Source: a virus (lineage: Duplodnaviria; Caudoviricetes). From it: a DNA stretch of 33,419 bases. The DNA lies in the IMG/VR virus record IMGVR_UViG_3300020180_000077, positions 1-33,419 of that record. One strand, written 5' to 3'. The first letter of the stretch is position 1; each line of letters starts with the position of its first letter. The notes beneath the pieces are model-generated. The model had not been told where the DNA came from. It did no database searches and worked only from the letters and a program-made list of their open reading frames with translations. The translations under genes and the position numbers were made by a program. Of this stretch, positions 25,660 through 33,419 are shown piece after piece.

Positions 25660-26424
25660 ATGGAAATTTATGGCATAGCGTCTACCGAAGACGTTGATAG
25701 AACTGGCGAAAGAGTACATCTGAAAGGTATGGACGTTGCGGACATACGTCTCTGGGTAGACGAGCATCAGTCAGATACTATGTTCCAGATTCTGGGAAAA
25801 ATCTCACAATGCACGAAAATCTTTTCAATCAAAGATTGCGTCGACGAATATCAACTGAAATGTTGGAATTTGGTCAAGCGCCCGTACCTGTATGTTCGCG
25901 GTGCTCTCGCTAATGACGAAGGTCATCCCAACGCAGCCGCAGCAGCAGCCCTGATTCAATTCAGTGTTAAGAACCCCGACTTTGCCGTAGGCTTTTCGAT
26001 TGAAGGTTCCACCATCCACCGGGAAGGACCAGAATTAATCCAGACTAAAGTCAAGAACGTTGCGCTTACAGTCCGTCCAGCGAATCCACACACTTGCATT
26101 TTCCCCATTATGGATCTGGCTAAATCGTTCACCACCCCAGAACTCCCAGAGTGCTACAAGGGCGTCGAAGGCCGCAAGCAATTCAGAAACATCCCTACAG
26201 TCGAACAGAAAATTCTTGCTAAATCAGAATTTATAAAAGATATTAAGGATCTAGCCAAGAGCGATGCGGAAACTATGGATTCTGCAGCGGTTATCAAATG
26301 CTGGAATTGCGGCCAGAACAAGCTGTTTATGAAATCTAGGTTGCCAAATCGTTGTTCTGCGTGTTCCGAAGCATTCACTATGAGCGATATTTTTAAAGCT
26401 AGATCGAGCAAATCAATTTTTTAA
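25660..26424 (+). CDS. prohead (capsid maturation) protease with C-terminal Zn ribbon
   Basis: IYGIASTEDVDRTGE....KGMD, DEH (His), GFSIEG (Ser), NVALTVRPANP; C-terminal CWNC-x14-CSAC. GGAG RBS with TATAAT upstream. Confidence 0.88.
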   Translation: MEIYGIASTEDVDRTGERVHLKGMDVADIRLWVDEHQSDTMFQILGKISQCTKIFSIKDCVDEYQLKCWNLVKRPYLYVRGALANDEGHPNAAAAAALIQFSVKNPDFAVGFSIEGSTIHREGPELIQTKVKNVALTVRPANPHTCIFPIMDLAKSFTTPELPECYKGVEGRKQFRNIPTVEQKILAKSEFIKDIKDLAKSDAETMDSAAVIKCWNCGQNKLFMKSRLPNRCSACSEAFTMSDIFKARSSKSIF

Positions 26425-26433
26425 GGAGTTTTT

Positions 26434-26790
26434 ATGTCTAGTGGTTTAGGAAAAGGCGCGCGAGTTGGTATCAGAAGCGAATACGCCGAAAAGCAATTTG
26501 GCGACGTCACGGGAACTACTCTGCTGACAGCGACACGATTGATCAAGCTATCGCAAATGGCGAAAGTGTTCTATCTCGACAATTCGACTAACAGGCAAAT
26601 TAAAATTGCAGTTGTCACCGCAGAAGATACAACATTTACGAAAGTAGATTGGTTGACGATTCAACCAGGCAGAATCATCAACTTCGAGCTTGCTTCGAAC
26701 AATCTTACTCTAGAAGCTGGTACCGAAGTTTGGATTTACGCTCCGGTAGCTCCTGCAAGTGGAAACCTCTCCATGTTTACGTGGGGCTAA
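26434..26790 (+). CDS. putative small virion protein (beta-sandwich)
   Basis: AAGGAG RBS; 118 aa; beta-rich; in the structural operon. Confidence 0.6.
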   Translation: MSSGLGKGARVGIRSEYAEKQFGDVTGTTLLTATRLIKLSQMAKVFYLDNSTNRQIKIAVVTAEDTTFTKVDWLTIQPGRIINFELASNNLTLEAGTEVWIYAPVAPASGNLSMFTWG

Positions 26791-26793
26791 CAA

Positions 26794-27303
26794 ATGGGTT
26801 TTCATCGGGGGAGTATAACCCCTGCGGAATTAGAAACAGGAACACCAATAGTCGTAATCGGACCTGGTGATATTTTTGTTGGTTCCGTGGAAGGCAATCC
26901 CTCTTTAAGAATCCAATCAACAGGCGTTGTAGGAAATGTAGTTTCTTTGTTCGCTTCTGTGAACAACATAGATTACGTCCTGATTGAACAAATTGACGGC
27001 CCTGGAACGTTTCTGTCGTCTCTAGGCGGCTTTAACACTGCGAAAGTAACAGTCGGTCCTTATGTTGGTCCATCTTTCACGGTGGCTCTGAACGAATATG
27101 ACAAAGATACGGCTGACCAGTTCAACCCTGCAGAATACGAAGCAGGTATACGACCTCCGCGCTTCGATCGAGTGACTTTAACTAGAAATTCCTTGACTAA
27201 GGATTTGTCTTTAGCTACGTTTTATCAACGCGGTGTGTCCATCAAGCAGTTGGAGTTGTCTTATGACATCGACGGCGATTTGATCGAGGTTAAAACTTTA
27301 TGA
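26794..27303 (+). CDS. putative virion protein
   Basis: 169 aa, beta-rich, tightly packed in the operon. Confidence 0.6.
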   Translation: MGFHRGSITPAELETGTPIVVIGPGDIFVGSVEGNPSLRIQSTGVVGNVVSLFASVNNIDYVLIEQIDGPGTFLSSLGGFNTAKVTVGPYVGPSFTVALNEYDKDTADQFNPAEYEAGIRPPRFDRVTLTRNSLTKDLSLATFYQRGVSIKQLELSYDIDGDLIEVKTL

Positions 27304-27572
27304 GAATCTTGGTAGATTCAAACGGTGATCCACTAGACGGTTCTGATTGGATCCCTAGTAACAAACGAGAAAAAGACAAAGAAGTATTTTTGTTCAATTC
27401 TATTACGGGCGAGCTGGACTTGGCTTTGAAGTTCAACGAAAATAGAATCATCACACATCTTTATAATGAAGCTGGGACTCGTCTACAGGCATATGATAAG
27501 AACACAAATATGCATTTGGATTCTGGCCCTTTAGTTGTAGTCGATCGAAATGGCAATGTCATAGTAATTTGA
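27300..27572 (+). CDS. hypothetical protein
   Basis: 90 aa; ATGA overlap; GAGG RBS. Confidence 0.65.
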   Translation: MRILVDSNGDPLDGSDWIPSNKREKDKEVFLFNSITGELDLALKFNENRIITHLYNEAGTRLQAYDKNTNMHLDSGPLVVVDRNGNVIVI

Positions 27573-27580
27573 GGTAGATC

Positions 27581-28552
27581 ATGAGTTTCCACAGCCGCCT
27601 TAAATCACAGGATTTGCACTCTCCATCTAGAGAGTTGGTTGCAAACACAACTGGATCAACTATTGAAGCTCTACGCTGCGTTGCTTTAGTTTCTCAGCCA
27701 GGAACAATCCCTTTAGTAGCAAAAATAAATAACCCGACTATCCAAGTAGTTCGAGGAGTTACAGAACTAGAGATCACTACTGGGCAAGCCGGTTTCATGA
27801 CGTCTTTAGGTTTTATGCAAAACGTGGACACTTCGCCATGGACTGTAGGCACCAGATTATATTCGTCAATTACTGGATCTTTATCTATAGTTCAAGCAGG
27901 GTTGCCTGTGGCGACAGTTTTGCGACAAAACGCTACTACCGGCATCTTGTATGTCGATAATACTGGTATCACACAAGCAGATATCGCTTCTTCGGTTATC
28001 ACGTCTGGATGGAAAACTGACGGAAACGTCGGGACAAATCCAACTGTTAACTTCGTAGGTACCGCCGACGCAGAAGGGCTAGCTTTCAGGACGTCGAATT
28101 CTGAACGTATGAGGATCGACGAAAATGGCCGTTTCGGTTTCGGCACACAACCAGAAAATTTCTTTCACATAAAATCACATGCGAATTTTCCATTGTCTGG
28201 CCACCAAACTGCAACGTTCGCTGGAGTAACTAATTCAACTTCTTTGACTCCAATTTATTCATATGGCGTTCCAATAGGCGCTACGTGTATTGTCACTGTC
28301 GTAGTGGCCGCACGCGAGAGTTCCAATAACAGAGCTGTGTTTAGAAAAACTGTAGGAGTTTTTAGAGACGGGCCAACTGCACAAAAAATTCAACAAGAAC
28401 AATCAGATTTCACTAGCAGATCTGATGGAGCTTTTGAAGCAAAATTCATTATTTCTGGCCCTAATATGACTCTTAGGGTCAAAGCACCCAATGCTAATGA
28501 AACGTCTTGGACGGGCACTGTAACCATAGATTGTGTTTCTACGCCTACGTGA
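27581..28552 (+). CDS. putative head decoration/fibre protein
   Basis: N-terminal cement/decoration-like NTTGSTI...GV....I..G..G....G...NVDTS.W.VG..LY. Central W...GN.GT....FVGT.D...L.FRT...ERMRI...G.FG.GT fibre motif. C-terminal domain shared with 29974..31323. Confidence 0.65.
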   Translation: MSFHSRLKSQDLHSPSRELVANTTGSTIEALRCVALVSQPGTIPLVAKINNPTIQVVRGVTELEITTGQAGFMTSLGFMQNVDTSPWTVGTRLYSSITGSLSIVQAGLPVATVLRQNATTGILYVDNTGITQADIASSVITSGWKTDGNVGTNPTVNFVGTADAEGLAFRTSNSERMRIDENGRFGFGTQPENFFHIKSHANFPLSGHQTATFAGVTNSTSLTPIYSYGVPIGATCIVTVVVAARESSNNRAVFRKTVGVFRDGPTAQKIQQEQSDFTSRSDGAFEAKFIISGPNMTLRVKAPNANETSWTGTVTIDCVSTPT

Positions 28553-29903
28553 TCACGATAGAATACAATTTCTGACCAGCATCATAAATTTTGTGCCAAC
28601 CAAGTTCATCTGCGTGTTGTTTTTCGCTTAATTTTCTGATGTCCATATTGGCTCTGCACCTGAGACGATTGAAAGTATGTCTGAAATCAGTCCATTTCCA
28701 CGACATGACTGTTTTTTGTGATTCCCACCCAATGTGTTCCAGGAACGTCCCAGTACCGTATCTCAGATCAGTCCAGAAAGTCCATTTCTGATGCAGATGT
28801 TTTATATATTTAAATAATTTAGAAAATCCACCAACCACATACACATTTATCCGAGTACACAATCTGGAAATATCTCCTATACCATCTTTCTTTTTGTAAG
28901 AAAGAATCATTACTAATTTCGATTCATGAAATAGCCCAACATGTTTGGCGTTAAAGCTGCCCATTAAATGGTTCTCGTTTAAGAAACTAGTCGCGTCTGC
29001 TTGGCTGACTGTACGTATTTCACATTTTCTCGCTTGTATTTTGATATTCTGGCCAAGAAGGTTCTTGCACATAGACGCAACAATATTCGGCTTATCGATT
29101 ATTTCATCTTCTCTGAACTGCAAGAGCCTGATATTCCGTGATTCAAGCTGTTCTCTGGCAGCGAAATGGCGATGACGATTTTCTTCTTTAGAAGCAACGG
29201 AATGCCAATACAGACCGTCTACGTTAACGAATATGTTTTCGGCTAATTGGAAATCTGGCCTCTGACGCCCAATATATTTATCGTATCTCGTGCCAATATT
29301 CATTTGTTGAAAAAATAATTCTATATTCGTAAGATGTTTTTCCAAGGGCAACCCTGCGGCTAGTCTAGCCCGGATGCAGCTCTCAGAAAGCTGAGTTGCG
29401 TCTTTCAATTGAACCATGGAAAGTTCTTCGCCTTGATGTTTATGCAAAACACGAGCCTTGCCTTTAGTTCTGTTAGAGAATTTCTCAACCCAACCATCTG
29501 GATGCCCAGATGTTTCACTGTATAAAAGACTCGAAGGCTTGGCCCAAAAAGTACCAACATGTCCTGCCTCAGTAAATTCTGCTATACTGTCTAGACTCTT
29601 GTAAGTTTCTGGAACAATTTGTATCCCGCGAGATGCTAGCCTTTTCTGGATGATGTCGACTCGTATCTTTTCTTGGAGTTTAGAAGCACATAAACTTCTA
29701 TTCATTTTACTTCGATCTGGGTGATTCCCTTTTCCTCTAGCCATATCGGTAGGTTTTCTCCAGAAAAGACCGAATTGAATATCTTCAAATTGGCAAAGAG
29801 TTTGAGAATCTATAAAAGATTCAGGGATCAGTCTAACGATAAAAGGATTGACCATTTTAATTTTGGTTTCAAAAAAAGACCAATCTTTACGAATGAACGT
29901 CAT
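28545..29903 (-). CDS. Hef-like homing endonuclease 3 (HTH-containing N-terminus + nuclease + Mom-like GNAT)
   Basis: GAGGA RBS before ATG 29903. RPDF...VNVDGLYWHS...RLLQFREDE; KIQARKCEI...FLNENHLMG; ISRLC...GGFSKLFK...TDLRYGTG..L...GW...IYDAG. Inserted antisense within the fibre cluster. Confidence 0.8.
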   Translation of the reverse strand: MTFIRKDWSFFETKIKMVNPFIVRLIPESFIDSQTLCQFEDIQFGLFWRKPTDMARGKGNHPDRSKMNRSLCASKLQEKIRVDIIQKRLASRGIQIVPETYKSLDSIAEFTEAGHVGTFWAKPSSLLYSETSGHPDGWVEKFSNRTKGKARVLHKHQGEELSMVQLKDATQLSESCIRARLAAGLPLEKHLTNIELFFQQMNIGTRYDKYIGRQRPDFQLAENIFVNVDGLYWHSVASKEENRHRHFAAREQLESRNIRLLQFREDEIIDKPNIVASMCKNLLGQNIKIQARKCEIRTVSQADATSFLNENHLMGSFNAKHVGLFHESKLVMILSYKKKDGIGDISRLCTRINVYVVGGFSKLFKYIKHLHQKWTFWTDLRYGTGTFLEHIGWESQKTVMSWKWTDFRHTFNRLRCRANMDIRKLSEKQHADELGWHKIYDAGQKLYSIVIT

Positions 29904-29973
29904 ATAATGTTCCTCGAACAAGAAAGTTGTTTGTATTAAAGTAGCATAATTTTAACAGGAGAGATATTTCTTT

Positions 29974-31323
29974 ATGGCTAACATCTTAGATCAGATTACG
30001 ATAGGCGATAAGAAGCATCTTTCCGTCGATGCAGATCCCGCAGGAGGCGGTGGTACCGCTGCTGAGATTGGTTCTATTGCGGCGTGGGACAACGGCTCCG
30101 GCGTCGGTCGCGTTTACATCAAAGTCGGTACTGCCGATACAGCTTGGGACAAAGTCTCTACTGCAGAATCTGGCCCAGTTGCCCAAGGTGCTTTCAGGCG
30201 TCTTGCAATCTATTCCACGAGCCCCACAGGATTCGTAGTCGACGACCAAATCCAATTGAACGCGCAGAACGTACAAGTTGAAGTTGTAAACCAAGCAACG
30301 CGTACACAGCCAATCACTTATACAGTTCCGAATCCGGGTGACGCAGTCACCGGCGCTGATTTTGTTTTATCTGAAGGCGCACAGACAATTAACGGAAACA
30401 AGACTTTCGGAAACAACGTTGTTGTTACCGGAAACCTTACTGTTAACGGTGCACTCACAGCTCTCAGCACTACGAATACAGAAATCGTCGATAAACTCAT
30501 CACGCTGAACAAAAACGGCTTGGCGAACTCGTCAGGCGGCGCTGGTCTCGAATTCGAAGAAGCAGCGGCGATTGCAGCATTCTGGAAAATTTCTGCTGCT
30601 CGTTCGGGTATGGACTGGAAAGTTCCTACTCTTACTGGAGTTCTAACTCTTACACAGTTGCTTGCAGCAAGTGACCGTACTCAGAATTTCGCAAATGCCA
30701 GCGGTACTCTGGTACTTCAGCCGTTAGCTCCTGCTGGAGTTGCAAATCAAATTCCATACTGGACTTCGACAACTTCTATTACTTCTCCTGCTGGCTCAGC
30801 AGCGGATTTCCTCACGTGGGATTCTAACAACTTCCGCCTTGGCGTTGGAACTGGCGCTCCTACTCATGCACTTCATGTTGCTGGAACATCACGAGTATCT
30901 GGAACTGGTTCACTTCAATTGTTCCAAGCTGCTTCTGATGACCGGAAAGATCAAGCTGCTGCTTCTTATCCGAATGCAAGCACTGCTGTTCAGACTTTGT
31001 GGTCTCTTGCAGTTCCAAATAACTCGGTTGTCCTGGTCACAGCTAATACAATGAACAGGAAAACAGCCGGTGGCGGTACTGGTGTTATCGGAGTTGGCAG
31101 CGCTTACATCCGAACCGTTCGCGTATACAATATCGCTGGCGTTCTGACTCTCGGAGTAGTTCAATCTGACTACACTTCCGAAGCGGTTGGCTTGACAGCT
31201 CTTGATTGTACATTTGACACTTCAGGCACTGACCTTCGTCTCCGAGTAACAACAGGTTCGGGTAACGCGACCGCAAACACCATCGCCTGGGAAACCACAG
31301 TTTCATATCAAATCCTTGATTAA
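29974..31323 (+). CDS. virion fibre protein
   Basis: AGGAG RBS; G/A/T-rich; QTINGNKTF, VTGNLTVNG...DKLITLN and WD..N.RLGVGT.AP...LHV.G fibre motifs; high-expression codon bias. Confidence 0.75.
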   Translation: MANILDQITIGDKKHLSVDADPAGGGGTAAEIGSIAAWDNGSGVGRVYIKVGTADTAWDKVSTAESGPVAQGAFRRLAIYSTSPTGFVVDDQIQLNAQNVQVEVVNQATRTQPITYTVPNPGDAVTGADFVLSEGAQTINGNKTFGNNVVVTGNLTVNGALTALSTTNTEIVDKLITLNKNGLANSSGGAGLEFEEAAAIAAFWKISAARSGMDWKVPTLTGVLTLTQLLAASDRTQNFANASGTLVLQPLAPAGVANQIPYWTSTTSITSPAGSAADFLTWDSNNFRLGVGTGAPTHALHVAGTSRVSGTGSLQLFQAASDDRKDQAAASYPNASTAVQTLWSLAVPNNSVVLVTANTMNRKTAGGGTGVIGVGSAYIRTVRVYNIAGVLTLGVVQSDYTSEAVGLTALDCTFDTSGTDLRLRVTTGSGNATANTIAWETTVSYQILD

Positions 31324-31343
31324 TTTTAATTAAATCAATCTTT

Positions 31344-31372
31344 AAAGCCACTCAGTAATGGGTGGCTTTTTT
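31344..31372 (+). terminator. intrinsic terminator
   Basis: AAAGCCACTCA-GTAA-TGGGTGGCTTT followed by TTT. Confidence 0.85.
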
Positions 31373-31381
31373 GGTTTCATA

Positions 31382-31406
31382 GACTATAATTTTTGTAGTC
31401 GGAGGT
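31382..31406 (+). promoter_or_regulatory. TATAAT-containing hairpin abutting the GGAGGT RBS
   Basis: GACTATAA-TTT-TTGTAGTC (31382-31400) is immediately followed by GGAGGT and ATG 31410. Confidence 0.5.
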
Positions 31407-31409
31407 ATT

Positions 31410-33419
31410 ATGGCTGAGTTAGGCACGATCACAATAGATGGGTTAGAAGTCACTAATACAAATACCGATCCAACTTCAATTGGAGTAGCCAAGCCCATTG
31501 GCTCGTTGGTTCTGTTCACCGATGGTACAACCACAGGTTTTTATCAAAAAACTGGATCCGCCAGTATAGATTGGCGAAAAACTTCTATTAATCCTGTTGG
31601 CGGATATGTATCAGGTAGAATCCCTTTTGGAAGCTCTGGCGATTTAATAGTCACTGCGACTACATTGTTCTGGGATACTGCGAATACTAGACTCGGGATT
31701 TCGACTGAATCTCCTGCTGGCAAGATCCACGCTGTTCAAATAATCAATGCAGATCCTATTTTAGTTCTTCAGCAACCAGGCGTTCCAACTGGCAGCATCC
31801 TTTCAATAAGAAATTCTGCTAATACAACAGTATACCGAATTACGGCAGACGGGTTGATAACTTTTGCATCCGGAACAGCCGCTGCTCCAGCATACAGTTT
31901 CTTTACCGAACCTGATTCAGGAACTTATTTGTCTGCTACGGGTGTAGTTTCGACTTCTACGGCAGGAGTTCAAAGACTAGCAATATCGGCGGCGGGAACA
32001 CAATCGACTGTAGTGTTCATCGCGCCTGCCGGAGCTGTCGGAGCCCCTGCATATACTTTTTCTGGAACTACAAACACAGGTTTCTATTCTACTGGCGCTT
32101 CGATCATAAATGCATCGAACAACGGAGTAGAAAGTTTTAGAATTGATGCTTCAGGCGTCGTGACTACAGTAGGGCGAATCCACAGATTTGGCTCTGTCAA
32201 CTACATAGAATTAAACGCTTCAGCTGCGGCAGCTAATAGAATTTACACGCTGCCAGACGTTGGGGCAAACGCTAATTTCATCATGTCCCAAAGTGCCCAG
32301 ACTATCGCAGGTGTGAAGACGTTCAGTTCTGGGATTCCCATTTCTGCAACGACTAACCAATTCGTTCTTGGTACTACTAACACTGTAACAATCACTTCGC
32401 CAGCTCCGGTAGCTTCTCGAGTTTACACGATTCCCGATGTGCTATTGGCAGCAAGCTTCATAATGTCTGAAGGAATTCAAACATTAAACGGCGCTAAAAC
32501 TTTTTCTGCAAATCCGACTTTTTCTGATATTTTGCCGAATAGAGTTTTGTTTGCTGGCACAGGCGGATTGATTTCGCAATCAGCGAATCTTACTTGGAAT
32601 AACGGCACTTCCCGACTTTCTGCTACTAACGGCACGCTGTTTTCCACAAACGGATATATCTTAGGATCTGACATTTCTTTGCTCCCCGTGGTCGGCGGAC
32701 AATCTGTCATATCGTCTTATTGGGGCTTGCAGCTAGCTGGAAATATTCAAAGTACCATAGAATACACCCCAATAAATGTGGGCGCTAACAACATCGCTAC
32801 AGTTATCATTCCTAATGTTCAATCTGCCAGTATTGGTCTTTTGATCAGAGCAGAAGCGGCTCAATCTGTCAATATTTTTGATATTCAGGATGCTGGTGGA
32901 ACTTCTTGGGTAAATGTTTCGAGCGCGGGACTATTGGTTGCAAACAATGCAATGAGACTAGGAACCACGGCGAATGCAACAAATGGAAATATTAGATATA
33001 ACGGCCTAGATGTACAATTTTATCGAGATACGTGGCGCAATTTAACGTTTCCTAAAATGCAATATGATGATTTTCTGTGGACCACTACAGCGACATCTAA
33101 TCCTTTTGCTTGGGTTTCTACTGTGGCTAACGGTGGTACGACAGCTTTCAACACGACTAACTTTAATACCTCGGTTGGAACTGCAAACATATCCACCGGA
33201 ACGTCCAACAACACGACTGGTGTTAGCGCTTTGCAGTCTAATAACGGAACTAGCAACATTTTATTGACTGGGCTTCCTCTTACTTGCGAATGGCGCGTTA
33301 GACTTCCTGTTGTGTCTACTGCGGCAGTAAATTATCAATTAAGAATTGGATTACAGGATTCTGGAGCTGCGGGCGATCCTGCTAATGGAGTATATTTCAC
33401 TTACTCGCATGGCCTGAAT
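31410..33419 (+). CDS. long virion/tail fibre protein, 3'-truncated by the window edge (absent from the ORF track)
   Basis: GGAGGT RBS and ATG 31410 (MAELGTITIDGLEV...). The frame reads to the last base (...VYFTYSHGLN, 670 codons). Contains repeated fibre motifs and an N-terminus paralogous to 29974..31323. Confidence 0.85.
   Translation, partial: MAELGTITIDGLEVTNTNTDPTSIGVAKPIGSLVLFTDGTTTGFYQKTGSASIDWRKTSINPVGGYVSGRIPFGSSGDLIVTATTLFWDTANTRLGISTESPAGKIHAVQIINADPILVLQQPGVPTGSILSIRNSANTTVYRITADGLITFASGTAAAPAYSFFTEPDSGTYLSATGVVSTSTAGVQRLAISAAGTQSTVVFIAPAGAVGAPAYTFSGTTNTGFYSTGASIINASNNGVESFRIDASGVVTTVGRIHRFGSVNYIELNASAAAANRIYTLPDVGANANFIMSQSAQTIAGVKTFSSGIPISATTNQFVLGTTNTVTITSPAPVASRVYTIPDVLLAASFIMSEGIQTLNGAKTFSANPTFSDILPNRVLFAGTGGLISQSANLTWNNGTSRLSATNGTLFSTNGYILGSDISLLPVVGGQSVISSYWGLQLAGNIQSTIEYTPINVGANNIATVIIPNVQSASIGLLIRAEAAQSVNIFDIQDAGGTSWVNVSSAGLLVANNAMRLGTTANATNGNIRYNGLDVQFYRDTWRNLTFPKMQYDDFLWTTTATSNPFAWVSTVANGGTTAFNTTNFNTSVGTANISTGTSNNTTGVSALQSNNGTSNILLTGLPLTCEWRVRLPVVSTAAVNYQLRIGLQDSGAAGDPANGVYFTYSHGLN

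Noticed and set aside
1-33419. CRISPR/guide-RNA array, tRNA or large ncRNA accompanying the nucleases
   Set aside because: Intergenic gaps are all under about 150 nt and no repeat-spacer pattern or cloverleaf was seen. A covariance-model search was not possible.
1-33419. Stop-codon reassignment
   Set aside because: Genes are full length and tightly packed under the standard code, and TAA, TGA and TAG all terminate genes.
31324-33419. Apparent 2-kb non-coding region in the ORF track, with small minus-strand ORFs
   Set aside because: It is one plus-strand fibre gene from 31410 that lacks a stop only because the window ends.

Overview
A densely coding 33.4-kb segment of a large contractile-tailed phage (myovirus) genome, read in the standard genetic code. 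The virion genes resemble those of SPO1/Twort/K-like (Herelleviridae-type) phages but are strongly shuffled. The window holds a 5'-truncated Zn-finger/TOPRIM primase, a major capsid protein isolated between two Hef-like endonuclease genes, and a small DEDDh exonuclease/HAD phosphatase operon. A long minus-strand block follows: head closure/neck genes, a ClpP-like protease, a 948-aa tail sheath, then TerS, an aGPT-Pplase1-family thymine-hypermodification gene, TerL and portal. A plus-strand block carries the prohead protease and fibre/decoration genes, interrupted by a third Hef-like gene. No tRNA, rRNA, CRISPR array, intron or intein was recognised. Leading candidates for undescribed biology: (1) three nuclease + Mom-like GNAT fusion proteins with different N-terminal DNA-binding modules; (2) a DNA-hypermodification enzyme translationally coupled between the terminase subunits; (3) recurring leader hairpins that contain a TATAAT-like box in or next to the 5' arm and mask or abut the RBS, plus a bistable hairpin pair in the capsid leader. 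All family calls come from motifs read by eye; no database search or folding calculation was run.
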